Part shown: piece by piece, positions 1-13,874 of the stretch
How positions within the stretch are numbered: the stretch's first letter is position 1
Layout of the letters: the number at the start of each line of letters is the position of its first letter
Source: Eledone cirrhosa
Taxonomy: Eukaryota
Reading direction: 5' to 3'
Assembly (NCBI GenBank): GCA_964016885.1
Contig: OZ024743.1
Location: 68,014,001 to 68,078,000, forward strand
Length of the DNA: 64,000 bases
Notes under the pieces: generated by a model
Told to the model about the DNA's origin: nothing
Databases searched by the model: none
Seen by the model: the letters and a program-made list of their open reading frames with translations, nothing else
Position numbers and translations under genes: made by a program

Positions 1-20
1 ATATATATATATATATATAT

Positions 21-99
21 CGACAGTCGATTGACTTTCGTCAAATCGGTCCGAGGAAACAATGTTTCTGTTGGTCTTTCTAATTGCTAATTCTATTAA

Positions 100-165
<66 letters not shown>

Positions 166-733
166 GTTTGAAAGGGCTGAAGACGAGCACTTACTTCTTC
201 GGTGATGCCCTGATTAACCTTTTCAAATCTCATTTGAAAAGGAAAATTAGGGTAGAGAGGAAAGTGCTCTCTTCCCAGCATTTTGTTGAAAGATGGGTGA
301 GAGAGGCAAGAATGGCCCGATTGAATGGGCCTACTCTGAATATGTGTCTGTAAATTAAAGGTGGAAAATTGGGAGAGGGCACATGCCTTGGTGGTCAGGG
401 TCACTGTGGCTTTTTAATGGGCTTTCTCCAGGAATGTCCCTCGGAAGTCTCCCCCCTATTGGGGAATTTTTTCATTTGTTTTTTTACACGCAGAAATGCC
501 TTTTTGTACCGTCCTGTATTCAAATGTACTGTCCTTAATATCTACTTTGTGTAAACCCTTGTGGTTAATAAAGAAAGCATTATTATTATTATTATTAGTT
601 TCTATTAATAGTATCTATCGGTTGCAATTCCAGGTAGAATGAGCAACCGGAAATAAAGTGTCTTGCTCAAGGATATAACGCATTGCCCGATCCGGGAATC
701 GAACTCACAACCACTCTAACCACTCAGCCATGC

Positions 734-736
<3 letters not shown>
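21..736 (-). mobile_element. tRNA-head SINE (family B), split by a LINE 3' fragment
   Basis: 21-101 plus 600-736 is the reverse complement of the intact copy at 17803-18017 (GTTCGATTCC B-box, CCTTGAGCAAGACA core). TTCTATTAATA is duplicated at 91-101 and 600-610. Confidence 0.8.
164..597 (+). mobile_element. 5'-truncated Tx1/L1-clade LINE (end of ORF2, 3'UTR and (TTA)n tail), same family as 41072-46980
   Basis: RLKGLKTSTYFFGDALINLFKSHLKRKIRVER...MCL and the 3'UTR are nearly identical to 46543-46962; (TTA)n on both sides. Confidence 0.92.
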
Positions 737-810
<74 letters not shown>

Positions 811-855
811 TGTTATACTTTGGAAAGACCACATAAACAAAGAAAATAATCCCCA

Positions 856-898
856 GTCACTGAAGAGGTCACAGAATGTGTGACGAAAGAACTTTGAC
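856..898 (+). ncRNA. Minimal type I hammerhead-ribozyme-like motif (degenerate)
   Basis: GTCA-CTGAAGA-G-GTCACA/TGTGAC stem II-GAAA-GAAC-TT-TGAC; stem I is GTCA/TGAC. Confidence 0.5.
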
Positions 899-949
899 AA
901 TATATAAACAACCACCTGGTTGTGGAACCAACCAACCAACCGGAAATTT

Positions 950-1106
950 ATAAATTCCTAACTTTATAAATGTATTATAATAAATTGAAGTGAAAGCAAC
1001 TGGTGCGTGTGTTTCTTATTGGCAACAAGACCCTCCCAAAGTATAACAATATCGGTTTCAACACACGTTTTCAGATAAAGAATCTTGCTAAACAAATTCA
1101 GAAACG

Positions 1107-1154
<48 letters not shown>

Positions 1155-1155
1155 G
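950..1155 (+). repeat. Dispersed repeat, also present as a fold-back copy at 23420-23680
   Basis: TTGAAGTGAAAGCA..CTGGTGCGTGTGTTTCTTATTGGCAAC..GACCCTCCCAAAGTATAAC..CAGAAACGAAAT is near-identical at both sites. Confidence 0.8.
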
Positions 1156-1220
1156 AAGTAGTTCGCTCGGAAAAGTCCAGGAAAAAAGATTGCTCTATGT
1201 AGGTAACAGAGCTTAATAGT

Positions 1221-1495
1221 TATGTAATAAACAACATAAGGCAATTATTCCATTTACCAGTGGTTTCTTAAAAGCAAACAATTTTGCTTTCAATCCTCAG
1301 AACTAAAAAAATCCTGGCCTGTTTATTGAATTTGGATTTTAAAAACCTAATTCAATTAAAATTCAATTAAAATTCAATTAAAATTCAAATTCAATAAACA
1401 GACCATGATTTTTTCATTCTGATGATTGAAAGCAAAATTTTTTGCTTTTAAGAAACCACTGGTAAATGGATTAATTGCCTTATGTTGTTTATTAC

Positions 1496-1499
<4 letters not shown>
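1221..1499. mobile_element. Fold-back (palindromic) element in (TA)n, probably a Penelope pseudo-LTR derivative
   Basis: ~120 bp arms TATGTAATAAACAACATAAGGCAATT.../...AATTGCCTTATGTTGTTTATTACATA; each arm carries a hammerhead motif. Confidence 0.75.
1413..1470 (+). ncRNA. Type I hammerhead ribozyme motif (canonical core)
   Basis: Stem I TTCATT/AATGGA, CTGATGA, stem II TTGAAAGCAAA/TTTGCTTTTAA, GAAA, stem III CC-ACT-GG, GUA triplet. A minus-strand copy with CTGAGGA lies at ~1249-1302. Confidence 0.75.
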
Positions 1500-1534
<35 letters not shown>

Positions 1535-1744
1535 AAATTAAGATAAATCAAAGTGAATTTAATCTAAATCAAAATTATGGGTGTCATTCCAGAAAGGTAT
1601 GCGCCATATCACCCGTAAAATAAGCTCCAAGATTCTAATGAATAGGTCCGAGCATTTTATAACAACTAGAAATTGATTAACATATAAATAAACATATGTA
1701 ACAATCACAGGGGATAATTTTCACAAGTGTTTAAGCACGCATAG

Positions 1745-1814
<70 letters not shown>

Positions 1815-1945
1815 AGAGAAGCAAAAAGTTGCTCATTGTGATCCAGTTTCTGGTTAAGAAAGCCAGTTTCATGGATGGTTTCAACGTACGGTTAGGGGTA
1901 ACTCCACAAGTTTGTAAGAATTCCGTTCAATCTTGGAGTATAAAG

Positions 1946-2252
1946 TATAAAAGAGAAAACACAGGTAAGCATTAAGAGAAGGATTTTATCCAGGTATTTA
2001 CGACCGTTTCATAGGTAAGTGCAACATTATATTGCTATACTGCAAATAGCAGCCACTCAATTATAATTGTTGTTCATAGTCAAAATTTTCAAAATTTTCA
2101 AGTTTTGAAAATTTGGACTGTGAACAACAATTATAATTGAGTGGCTGCTATTTGCAGTATAGCAATATAAGGTTGCACTTACCAATGACACGGTCGTAAA
2201 TACCTGGATAAAATCTTTCTTTTAATGCTTACCTGTGTTTTCTCTTTTATAC
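1946..2252. repeat. Long palindrome (~150 bp arms) in a (TA)n-rich stretch
   Basis: GTATAAAAGAGAAAACACAGGTAAGCATTAA... pairs with ...TTAATGCTTACCTGTGTTTTCTCTTTTATAC; centre near 2095. Confidence 0.85.
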
Positions 2253-2287
2253 TATATATATATATATATATATAAAAATATATACAC

Positions 2288-2347
<60 letters not shown>

Positions 2348-2354
2348 TTTTATA

Positions 2355-2396
<42 letters not shown>

Positions 2397-2399
2397 TAT

Positions 2400-2526
<127 letters not shown>

Positions 2527-2615
2527 GTATATGATGGCTGCCCCCTCGTTATCGAGTATGGCCATTGCACGAGACGAAAAAAAAAAAAAAATAATAATAG
2601 ATAAATAAATTTAAA

Positions 2616-2691
<76 letters not shown>

Positions 2692-2893
2692 CATACACAT
2701 ACACACACACACACTCACACACACATATACACACACATACATTAATAACAATAATAATAATAATAATAATAATAACAACAATAATAATAACGACAACAAT
2801 AATAATAACGACAACAACAATAATAATATACATATATATATACACACACACGCACACACATAAGCATATCTACACACACACACACGATAGCAA

Positions 2894-3325
2894 TTAACAG
2901 CGCTGCGATCGAATGTGGCTTTTTAGCCCAGCCAATGATCTAAAATGTCTTGCACAGAGTCGGCAACCAAAACATTCACTGGGAATAGCCGGCTGTGGTT
3001 GGAGTTCGTGTACTTTTGCATGTCGCTTGAGCCCTCCTGCTGATTTACATTCTCTACCACATGTTTGGCAAGCATGATGAGTAGCATCTCCAACAGCAGC
3101 CTGGTAGTCAACCACTGGTCTTACTTTATGACTGCGAAGATGACTTTCGAGTCCAGCTTTGCTTAGGCAGAGTCTCGCACATACGCTGCATGTCAGCACC
3201 ATAGGAGGACCGTCGCCGTCTGGAAGTGCAACAGCAATGCCCTTCCTCACATCCCGCTTTACTTTCTCGTATGCGATTCGAGATGCCTCAAAGGCAACTT
3301 TTCCCTCATATAGTCTTTTCTCCAT
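2894..3325 (-). pseudogene. RTE ORF C-terminus with three C2H2-type zinc fingers
   Basis: CSVCARLCLSKAGLESHLRSH, CQTCGRECKSAGGLKRHAKVH, CRLCARHFRSLAGLKSHIRSQ; overlaps the RT frame. Confidence 0.85.
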
Positions 3326-4735
3326 TTATTACGATCAGCAGCAATATTCTCCCATGTATCAGCAGAGATGTTAGCGTCTTTCAGAGAGGCTTTCAAGGAA
3401 TCCTTATACCTCTTTTTTGGTTTATGTGGCGGTCGTTTTCCTTTAACCAACTCTCCATAAAAGAGTTGTTTTGGTATTCTAGAATCCTTCACCCTGGCAA
3501 GGTGACCACTCCAACGGAGTCGTTGCTTAAGCACAAGAGCTTCTATACTGTCACACATAGAGCTTTCCAAAATCTCGACAACACTGATGTGGTCCCTCCA
3601 GTGAACGCCATGGATCCGTCTGAGACACATCTGATGGAAACGCTCCAATTGCTTAAGGTGGTGTCGATATGTGACCAAGATCTCGCAGGCATAAAGAAGA
3701 CAAGAGAGCACACATGCCCTATACACCTTTACCTTTGTCCTCCTGCATATGTCTCGCCGACCCCAGAGTCGCCTTTCTAGCTTTCCGAAAGCATCGCTTG
3801 CTTTCCTAATCCTAAGTGAGATTTCATTGTCAAGGTTGCTGTATCGATTGACAGTGCTTCCCAGGTAGACAAACTGATCAACCACTCCAAGTCGTTTGCT
3901 ATACACATAGATGTTTGGTTCAGTGTACTGCTTACCAGGGGCAGGTTGGTACATGACGACCGTTTTCTTAAGACTGACAGTCAGACCTAGGGCAGTGCAA
4001 GCGTCAGAAAATGCATTCAAAATGTGCTGCATATCACTCTCTCTGTGCGCTACAAGATCGCAATCATATGCATACAAGAGGTCTCTTATGATTGATGTAA
4101 ATACTTTTGTCTTCGCAGCAAAGCGCCTGATGTTAAATAAGCTGCCTGAGATTCGATATCGGATGTAAACACCATGCTCGCAATTCCTGAATGCAATGCA
4201 GAAAACCATTGCAAAGTATATGGCAAACAGGGTCGGTGCTGGAATATCCCCCTGTTTCACTCCATTTTTTACTGAGATAGGCTCCGACATGTTACCCCCG
4301 ACATTAACCCAAGCCTTCATGTCGTCATGGAAAGACCTAACTAAAGCAAGGAACTTATCAGGGCAACCAAGTTTCTGGAGAACCTTCCATAATGCATCTC
4401 TGCTAACAGTATCGAAAGCTTTTGTCAGATCGACAAAAACCTGATACAGATCCAAGCCTTGTTCCATGCACTTCTCCTGGAGCTGTCTAGCTGAGAAGAT
4501 CATATCAGTAGTGCCGCGTCCAGCACGAAAACCAGATTGACTTTCAGGAAGAACACAATCTGCAATGTGTGTCAGCAGACGGTCCAGAAGCACCCTACAT
4601 AAAACTTTCCCTACGACAGAAAGCAATGATATACCTCTGTAGTTCCCACAATCGTTCCTGTTACCCTTTCCCTTGTACAAGACCACCATTACTGCATCTC
4701 TCCAGTCCTCAGGTACGGATTCATTAGCCCATATA
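3259..4735 (-). pseudogene. RTE reverse transcriptase (truncated; YADD reads YAYD; frameshift near 3315)
   Basis: CGNYRGISLLSVVGK, LPESQSGFRAGRGTTDMIF, FVDLTKAFDTV, GVKQGDIPAPTLF, LLYAYD, FVYLGS, RLRWSGHLAR. Confidence 0.92.
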
Positions 4736-4825
4736 TATGCATATATATATATATTTATTTTTCTGTATATGTGTGTATCTATGTATGTATATACAAATGT
4801 ATATATGTATATATATATCCGTATA

Positions 4826-4868
<43 letters not shown>

Positions 4869-5627
4869 ATGACAAGGCTGTATTCAAGTTTGCTGGGGTT
4901 TTTCAGCTATTTGCGGGAAGGTGACAGTTGAGTGTAACAGCCTCACCACTTAGCCGGTACATTATTTCATCGTTCTAGGAATGATGAAAGAAAACATTGA
5001 CCTCGGCTGCATTTATGCTAGGAACGAAGAACCTCGTAAGTATACACCGCAAAACAATTTGTCTTGAATATGAAATAAGTTCTATCTAGTTATTACTTTA
5101 GACGTGAATGTCAGAATATGATACTGTGCCACCAAATCATCAGAATAGTTTGAAAGTTAGATTGCTTTGAGGTATACATTACCTTGAATCAACTGAGGCA
5201 GGTTCAAGTGTGTGTACATGTTTTTTTTGTGAATGCATGGAAAGCTAAAACTCTTAGCGTATACCTGATGTAAACTATGAAGTCATTCTCGATAGCATCT
5301 GATGATTGTAGTTTTAAGTTATCCTCCTTATCTAGCCAGCCAGCTAAAACTAACTTGCATAACAGGATTTCACAGAAACGAATGAAATGATCGTATCAGC
5401 TTATCAATTTTAGCTTCTGGCCATACACTTAAAAATGGAAAAATGCTGAATTGTTTGACCTTTCAATGTGTACAAATTCAAATTGACCTCAGTATAGAAT
5501 CGAGGCAATGTATCGATATAGATTTGTTTATCATATAAGCGGTGAGATTACGCGTGTGTATATATACACACACATTCATACATATACATACATACATACA
5601 TGCATACATACATACATACCTACATAC

Positions 5628-5697
<70 letters not shown>

Positions 5698-5800
5698 AAC
5701 CAGATGGATCAGAAATAGCCATCGAAACGGCATGAGCTCTGCCGTCGAGGTTAAACATTTTCCATATATATATATATATATGTTTATATACATATTTACA

Positions 5801-5854
<54 letters not shown>

Positions 5855-6220
5855 TAAATACATATATACATTCATACATTCATATATATTACAACATTTG
5901 TTTTTGTAGATGTTTTTAATAGAGGTCATGCGGAAGGAATTCTATTTCTTACAATATTATCTATTCTATTATTGGAAGTTGTGAAAATTTGGATTAACAT
6001 AGAATTCCTGAGAAAGAAAGGAAAGATGAGTTGGAAAAACAAATAATTGTTGAGAGAAAAAGTCTGCACAAGACTAATGTTTACCATAATTTAATAATTC
6101 AATTGACAGGTCTTTGAAAATAACAGACACTCCTCGCCTTACAGCAATATATATATAAAGCAATATATATATATATATATAAAGCAATATATGTATATAT
6201 ATATATATATATGAATAAAG

Positions 6221-6320
<100 letters not shown>

Positions 6321-6924
6321 TTAATAGATTAAAGTCTAAGCAAAGAATCGCTGCTTTCACCCTTGTATATGTATGTATGTGTTCATTTTATTATTATAGA
6401 AATTACTTCTACAGAGCTAGACCTGTTTCATTCGTATGACCGGTGTGTGTGTCAGTGAACAAGTACTCTATATCACCAACTGTAGGAATAAGTTGCGATG
6501 TCGCTGGTCCCCAGTTGCATGATTAACATTTCATTGGACAGCATCGTTGACCTGAAGGGGGAGGAATGGTATGCATGGGTGAATGCTGTTCATCCACATA
6601 AAAAATTGTCCAGATTTGTGCCTCAGATGGGGAACTTTCTAGGTGCAGATCCCATGTTCATTCGTGAAGAAAGGGTTCTTTAACCTAAATATATATGTGT
6701 TTGTGTTTCAATTATATATGTCTGCTGGGCACACATGTAACAGGACGTTTGCTTTTTCCTGCCGGCGGCATAACGCGTATCATCTGAGGATACCGTTCTC
6801 ATAACAACAGCAAATTCATGAAGGCCATCTCGATTGCATGGAGGTAATTATAATCATTAAACGATCTATGTAACCTCAGCATATTATTTTATTATTCATA
6901 TATATATATAGAGAGAGGGAGAGA

Positions 6925-9405
6925 GATAAAAGATGAAGTTGGAAATAGCACGGGAGATATGTTTAAGGGTCTGTTTTTCTTTTTTGATTCGTCAAAGTGA
7001 CATTATTAAAAAGACAGTGTTATTAAAAAATATTGTTATTAAAAAAAAGAGGGACAATTCTTTTTTGAAAATGTTTTATGAAGTATATAAATTGTATGAA
7101 AAAATTACCGGTTTCGATGTATTAGGATCCATCTTCTCAAATTCAGTGAAAAAAGTTAATTAAAAACGGAGTAAAAAAAAGGGTTTAAAATTAAACGTAA
7201 AATCAAAAACGAATGTTTGAGCAAAATTTCTTCCATCACGCCTTCTGAAAAGTTGGCATGGAATGAGGCCAAGTTGTTTTGTTTAATCTAGTGGTCAATA
7301 GTTCAAAAGGGGGTAGGGGTTGTAGGAGGTGAATACTGTGGTAGGTTGGAATGTGTACATACGCACACGCATACATATACACACAATCACACACACACAC
7401 TCAAACACATACAAGAGTACGCATACATGAGTGTGTGCGTATATGTATGCATACATATGTGTGCGTATATATATGTGGGGTTGTTGTGTGTGTGTGTGTG
7501 ATTTTATAGTTTGTCTGTTAAAGTTACTTTTGTAGAGGGGAACAAAGAAAAAATTCTTCTCTCTCCAAAATTCAGAAATTCAGAAAGTTAAGAGATGAAA
7601 CCCAAAGGATTCGCAGAATCCAAAAATTTAATAATTAAAGAAGATAAGTTTGTTAAGAGAACTCTTCCAAAAAACTTCAAAAGATACCTTTCAAAAGAAA
7701 CTTTAAGCAGTCTTTCTCTACAAAAAATCATTCTTTAGAAGACATTTTAAAAAAATCTTAAAAAGTATTTTCAAAAAACGAGACACAGTTCGTGTGTATA
7801 TGAAAATGAATGAGTAAATAAATAAATATATACACAGAGGGAATTAAGTAACATTTTTTTCTACACAATTCCGAAAATTGTGTGTGTGTATTTTTACAGT
7901 TTGTCTGTTAAAGTTAATTTTGTAGAAAGTAACAAAGAAAAATTCTTCTCTCTCCAGAATCCAAAAACTTAAAAATTAAAGAAGATAAGAGAGTTAAGAG
8001 AAACTCTTCCAAAAACTTCAAAAAATACCTCTCAAAAGGAGCCTTAAAAAAACTCTCTCTCCAAAAAATTATTCTTAAAGAGAAATTTTTAAAAGATCCT
8101 AAAAATTTTTGCAAAATCGAGACACAGTGAGTGTATATAAATGAATGAGTAAATACATAAATATATACAGACAGAGGAAATTAAGTAAAATATTTTTCCA
8201 CAATATTCCGAAAATTGTCAAAAGTTAAAAGAAAATTGTCAAAAGAAACAAATGGTTCTCAGAATCGAAAAGTTTAAAAATCAGAAAAAAATTCAGTGCC
8301 CGTGTGTGTGTGTAGGGCGAGGGGGAGACTAATGAGGGTGATTACATATTTAGTTTTGGTTTAAATTTATTAATAAATAGTTTTTCCTTATTTATTCTTT
8401 GTTGTTGAGTGAAAGAATCGAAGCACTTGTAAAGGGGGAATATTTTTAAGTTTGAGAGAGTCATTCCTGCACAATCTGCAATGTGGATGCTTAAGGTGAT
8501 TTTCCTTGTGTTTACGTCTCGGATTTGTTGGCGATGGATGGTTATTCTTTTGCGTAATGACACCCACGTCAGTCCTATATAGGTAGGTTTACAATCATCA
8601 CATGTGATTACATAGATTAGGTACTCCGTGTTGCAAGTGAAGTTGTTTTACACTGTGAAAGTTTGGCCATCTTTGAACGTGAATTTTTGCCCTTCAATTA
8701 TGTATAGGCATATTCCACAGTTCGTTCTTACGCATTTTGTTACCATAAGATTGGAGATAGGTTTGTGTGACTTTGTTCCTGTGAGGATATGTTTTAGTGA
8801 TTCAGGTTACCTTTTGCTTTTGATGATCTTGTGCGTTTCTAGAATTTTTTTCATTTTTTCATCTTTAAATGGAATGAGGTGGTTTATGTGTAGGAGGTCA
8901 AACTTTTTCTTAATTCCCCTCTACAAAAGTAACTTTAACAGATAAACTGTAAAAACACACACACAACAACCCCACACATATATACGCACACATATTTATC
9001 CATACATATACGCACACACTCACATGTGTGTACTCCTGTATGTGTGTGTGGCGGGTATGCACACATCCCAACCTACCACAGTAGTCAGCTCCTACAACAG
9101 TATTCACCTCCTACAACCCCTACCCCCTTTTGAACTATTGACCACTAGATTAAACAAAACAACTTGGCCTCATTCCATGCCAACTTTTCAGAAGGCATGA
9201 TGGAAGAAATGTTGCTCAAACATTCGTTTTTGATTTTACTTTTAATTTTAAACCCTTTTTTTACTCCGTTTTTAATAAATTTGTTCACTGAATTTGACAA
9301 GATGGATCTTAATACATCGAAAGCGGTAATTTTTTTATACACTTTATATACTTCATGAAACAATTTTCAAAAAAGAATTGTCCCTCTTTTTTTAATAACA
9401 ATATA
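6925..9405 (-). mobile_element. Penelope-like remnant: GIY-YIG end, pseudo-LTR and an inverted pseudo-LTR copy
   Basis: Minus strand 8342-8740 reads TKCVRTNCGICLYI...NFTCNTEYLIYVITCDDCKPTYIGLT...HRQQI...INKFKPKLN. 7025-7555 is inverted at 8905-9405. Internal duplication 7490-7885/7885-8220. 6928-7010 recurs at 9665-9750. Confidence 0.8.
7102..7144 (-). ncRNA. Minimal hammerhead motif with U3-A8 core (second copy on + at 9290-9332)
   Basis: GAAT-TTGAGAA-GATG/CATC-GAAA-CCGG-TA-ATTT; palindromic stem III ACCGGT. Confidence 0.6.
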
Positions 9406-9410
9406 TTTAC

Positions 9411-9522
9411 AATAATTGTTTCTACTTTAGGCACAAGGCCAGCAATTACCCAGTGCATCACTGGTACTTTATTTTATCGACCCCGTAAGGATGAAAGGCA
9501 AAGTCAACCTCGGCGGGATTTG

Positions 9523-9523
<1 letters not shown>
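9411..9523 (-). mobile_element. SINE family A, 5'-truncated
   Basis: Reverse complement of TCAAATCCCGCCGAGG..GCCTTTCATCCTTACGGGGTCGATAAAAT..GGCCTTGTGCCTAAAGTAGAAACAATTATT. Confidence 0.85.
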
Positions 9524-9558
<35 letters not shown>

Positions 9559-9565
9559 ATATATG

Positions 9566-9627
<62 letters not shown>

Positions 9628-9750
9628 CGGAAGAGAGGTTCTATACAAAACAGTGGGTATATAGAAAAGATGAAGTTGGAAATAGCACGGGAGATATGTT
9701 TATAGGTCTGTTTTGCTTTTTTGATTTGTCAAAGTGACATTATTGAAAAT

Positions 9751-9818
9751 ATTCTGAGTTCAAATCCCGCCGAGGTTGACTTTGCCTTTCATCCTTACGG
9801 GGTCGATAAAATAAAGTA
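9751..9818 (+). mobile_element. SINE family A internal fragment
   Basis: TTCTGAGTTCAAATCCCGCCGAGGTTGACTTTGCCTTTCATCCTTACGGGGTCGATAAAATAAAGTA. Confidence 0.8.
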
Positions 9819-10108
9819 TATATATATATGAGTGACGTAAAATAAGAAAATTATAAAATTAACTTACTTACTGAAATTTCACTCCCAACTAATTAGTTTC
9901 TGAAATGGAATAAATATACTTTCCCAAGAAAATATAGAGAACCATTTCGTCGTCAGGGAAGACTATTGTCAGCTAAGTATCCAGGCAAAGCGTGGACTCT
10001 GGAAACTTATACAAAAATAATTCAGTGGATAGAAAATAGCAAAGCGTGGACTGAAATCCTATCCATTGAGAAAATCACTGCCAACTGCGTCGGTGGCAAA
10101 TTCAAAAA

Positions 10109-10193
<85 letters not shown>

Positions 10194-11677
10194 GAGGTCA
10201 CACTTAAGCGTGTAACCTAAAATGTTACGTTGTTGGGGTGTCCGTAACCGTCCAGTTCCATCATAAACGCTTCAGCTTTAGTTTGTAGAATAGCCAAATC
10301 GTGAGCTTTGTCCAACTACTTTTCATCATGAAACGGAACTTTCATGCGCGTTATGGTATAAGACAATTAAGAAAAATAGTCACCAGACAAATGAACTCCG
10401 AATAGTCAAATGTCATCCAATGGTGTGTAGACATGGTTGCATATATATATGCGTATGTATATGTTTCTGGAAGAATACATAGACGAGAAAACTCTTACTG
10501 CAAACCTGCATTATCTGTAGTCACTATCTATCTTGCTTATTTTCCTCTCTTTGTTCACATGATTTCATATTAGCGGCTACAAATATTCAGATGGTAGTTC
10601 TCTTGTTACACTTCAGAGCGATAATTGTGCAACAAGTTTGATATTGTTTTGTATTGAGCTAAGTTATTGTTGTATGTCTGCTCTTAATATGTAATATATT
10701 GGTTGAGTTGTTTCCTGGGTCTAAGGAGGAGTTATTTTTAGCCGCACGGACGTCTTCCCTGCTTATATCTGCTAATCGATATATTACGAAACACACGGGG
10801 ATTTCATTGACTCAATTTTGACAAAATTATGGATGGTTGATATCTTGTGCAATTAGAATAAGATGTGCCCGCAAAAATAGTGCTTTCATCTTAACTTTGC
10901 TATTTATTCATATAATAATGGCTATAGGCATTGTCTCTACCAGCTCGAAACACATTTGTCTAGGCTCTGTGATTTATCATTCTATTGTAAGATAATTACG
11001 CTTTCTATCCCTTTTCTTATGTGTTGTTTTATGTCTACACAAGCTATTCAATATGTTGTCTCTATAATATTGTCTTTTATGAATGCACACTGAACTAACG
11101 TTCTTTTTGCAACGGTTTTTCATTGCACTATTATTAAGCGACAAAATCGATATTAGTTTGTAATGATCTAAAAAAAAAAAACATATATATATATATATAT
11201 CAGGAAAGAAGGTTGACATGGTCTGCTATACAAAAAAGGTTTTTAATCTCATAGCTGACAATTGTTTCTCTGAACTGGTAGGTCTAGAGATCGCTATTCG
11301 CTTATTTTCACGTTACACGATCGCCAATACAAAATTATAACCAGTCAGATCTTCGGAGTATACGAGAATGAAGAGAATACACAGGCAAGAAAAGAATATA
11401 CAGGCTACTATATGAAGTAGTAATGGCATTCAATTAGAACAATAACAACAATTACAACAATGCTATTAATAAATTATTTGAGGAGACCCTGATATTACTT
11501 AGGTGGGGGGTTTTATTACTCCAGGTGTTTACAACATAGGAATTACGGCATACCCGCAGCATCACTATGAACACGCCTTGTTGAGTCATACCAAGCCAAG
11601 CGTTAATATCATCCACTACCTGGAATACCATAACTGGACTATACCTAAGTGGACTGCATTTAACTATTATTTGTTAC

Positions 11678-11770
<93 letters not shown>

Positions 11771-11921
11771 ATGAGTGTGTATCGGCATTAAACTAGTATT
11801 AAACTAGTTAGACCATTATTCAACAGAGTACTCGATACTTGGGATTGTATAGCTATATTAGAAAGTGCCGGGGACCTGTGGCTAAGCTCTTCCCGTTTCA
11901 ACAGTTAGTTCCACCTATGTT

Positions 11922-12149
<228 letters not shown>

Positions 12150-12225
12150 TATACGTATGTGGTTGACGATTCAGAGAAAAGAGTACTATATTCCGAACTA
12201 GGTTTTTAATATTCAATATTCAAGA

Positions 12226-12278
12226 ATTCTTGTCTGATGAACCCGTGTTAAACAGGCGAAATTCCAGAGTAAGAAGAC
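12226..12278 (+). ncRNA. Degenerate hammerhead-like motif in a short insert between (TA)n tracts
   Basis: CTGATGA-ACCCGTGTTAAACAGGC-GAAA-TTCCAGAG-TA-AGAA; stems are imperfect. Confidence 0.4.
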
Positions 12279-12590
12279 TCACTTTTTAGGCCTAATAATA
12301 TTGAATATATATATATATATATATACAGAGGATAGAGAGAGGAGATTAAGAGAGAAAGGGAGAGAGGGGGAGAGAGAGAGAGGGTAAGATAGACAGGTAG
12401 AGGGAAGAAAGGGCAAGAGCTTTTAACAGTTGATGTTTTAATACGTTTGAAAAGCCAGTGACCTAAATTTTCAGATTATATAATATCCTATAAACGAAAC
12501 TGGTTTTGGGTCTGGTCGCTAGCGACAGTCGTGTAATGGAAGAAACATATTAAACTGAATTGAAATCTCTCTCTTCCTGTTATTTATATA

Positions 12591-12754
<164 letters not shown>

Positions 12755-12908
12755 GTGTGTGTTTGTGCGTCTGTATAATTATATATATATTTATACAAGA
12801 TGTCTCAAAAAGCTCTATAGCCATACATATCAGAATGATTTTGAAGTGTGTATACATATTTTTGGGACAACCTATATATATACATATATATATATATATA
12901 TGTGTGTA

Positions 12909-12990
<82 letters not shown>

Positions 12991-13820
12991 AAGAGAGTGA
13001 GAGAGGGATCTGTGCGTGAGTATGTGTAACAGAGGGTGTGTCAACCACATAACGGAAAAGGAATTGCCAACGAAGTAAGAAAACAAAAAATAATAATAAT
13101 CTAAAAATTATAATCATTTTTATTTCATTTGATAAGGTGTCAACATTTTCATCACTCATCTGTAAACTGGTCACAAGCACAAATCAACAGCAGCTGTTGA
13201 AATTAGTTCCTCGCGTGTTTCCTGTCCATTTATATGTCTGGTTTTTTTTATTATTATAATTTGTTATGCACTTTATATTTTTTTCTGTTTCCCATTCCTG
13301 TTTCTCACATATTTTTATTGTTGAACTATTGAGCATATGTGTCTGGTGTATAGGTGTTGTTTAATCTCTTGACACGGATTGCTGTTAGTCGTATTTAGGC
13401 TCAATTCCGCTTCTTCATTATAAACGTTTACGTATTCCTACGACCATTCCATCATTTTATGTTTCTTTTGTTACAGTGATAGCTTTTGAATGCTTGCCAA
13501 CTCCGTTTGCTATGTATAAATAAAATATTATATTCTTATAAGGAAAACTTCTTATTTTAAAAGTCTATAGAAAATTCGATACTTGCTATGTTGATTTAAT
13601 TTAAACGTATGTCGAATAATAAAGGTGACGAATATTGCATTAGAAAAAATAGAAGAGATAATCATAGATAAGAATATAACTGCATATAGCTATATATATC
13701 TACATCGGCATATACTGCATATACCTATATATATATTTATATATATACATATACAAACACACACACATATACACACGCACACACACATATATATATATAT
13801 ACACATGTGAAGACACTCAT

Positions 13821-13874
<54 letters not shown>

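Larger units (their letters stand above)
2530..4735 (-). mobile_element. 5'-truncated RTE-clade LINE inserted in (TA)n
   Basis: RT ORF and zinc-finger tail below. A 3' terminal stem-loop (GGCCATACTCGATAACGAGGGGGCAGCCATCAT on the minus strand, 2531-2563) has a homologue at 62397-62430. Confidence 0.88.
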
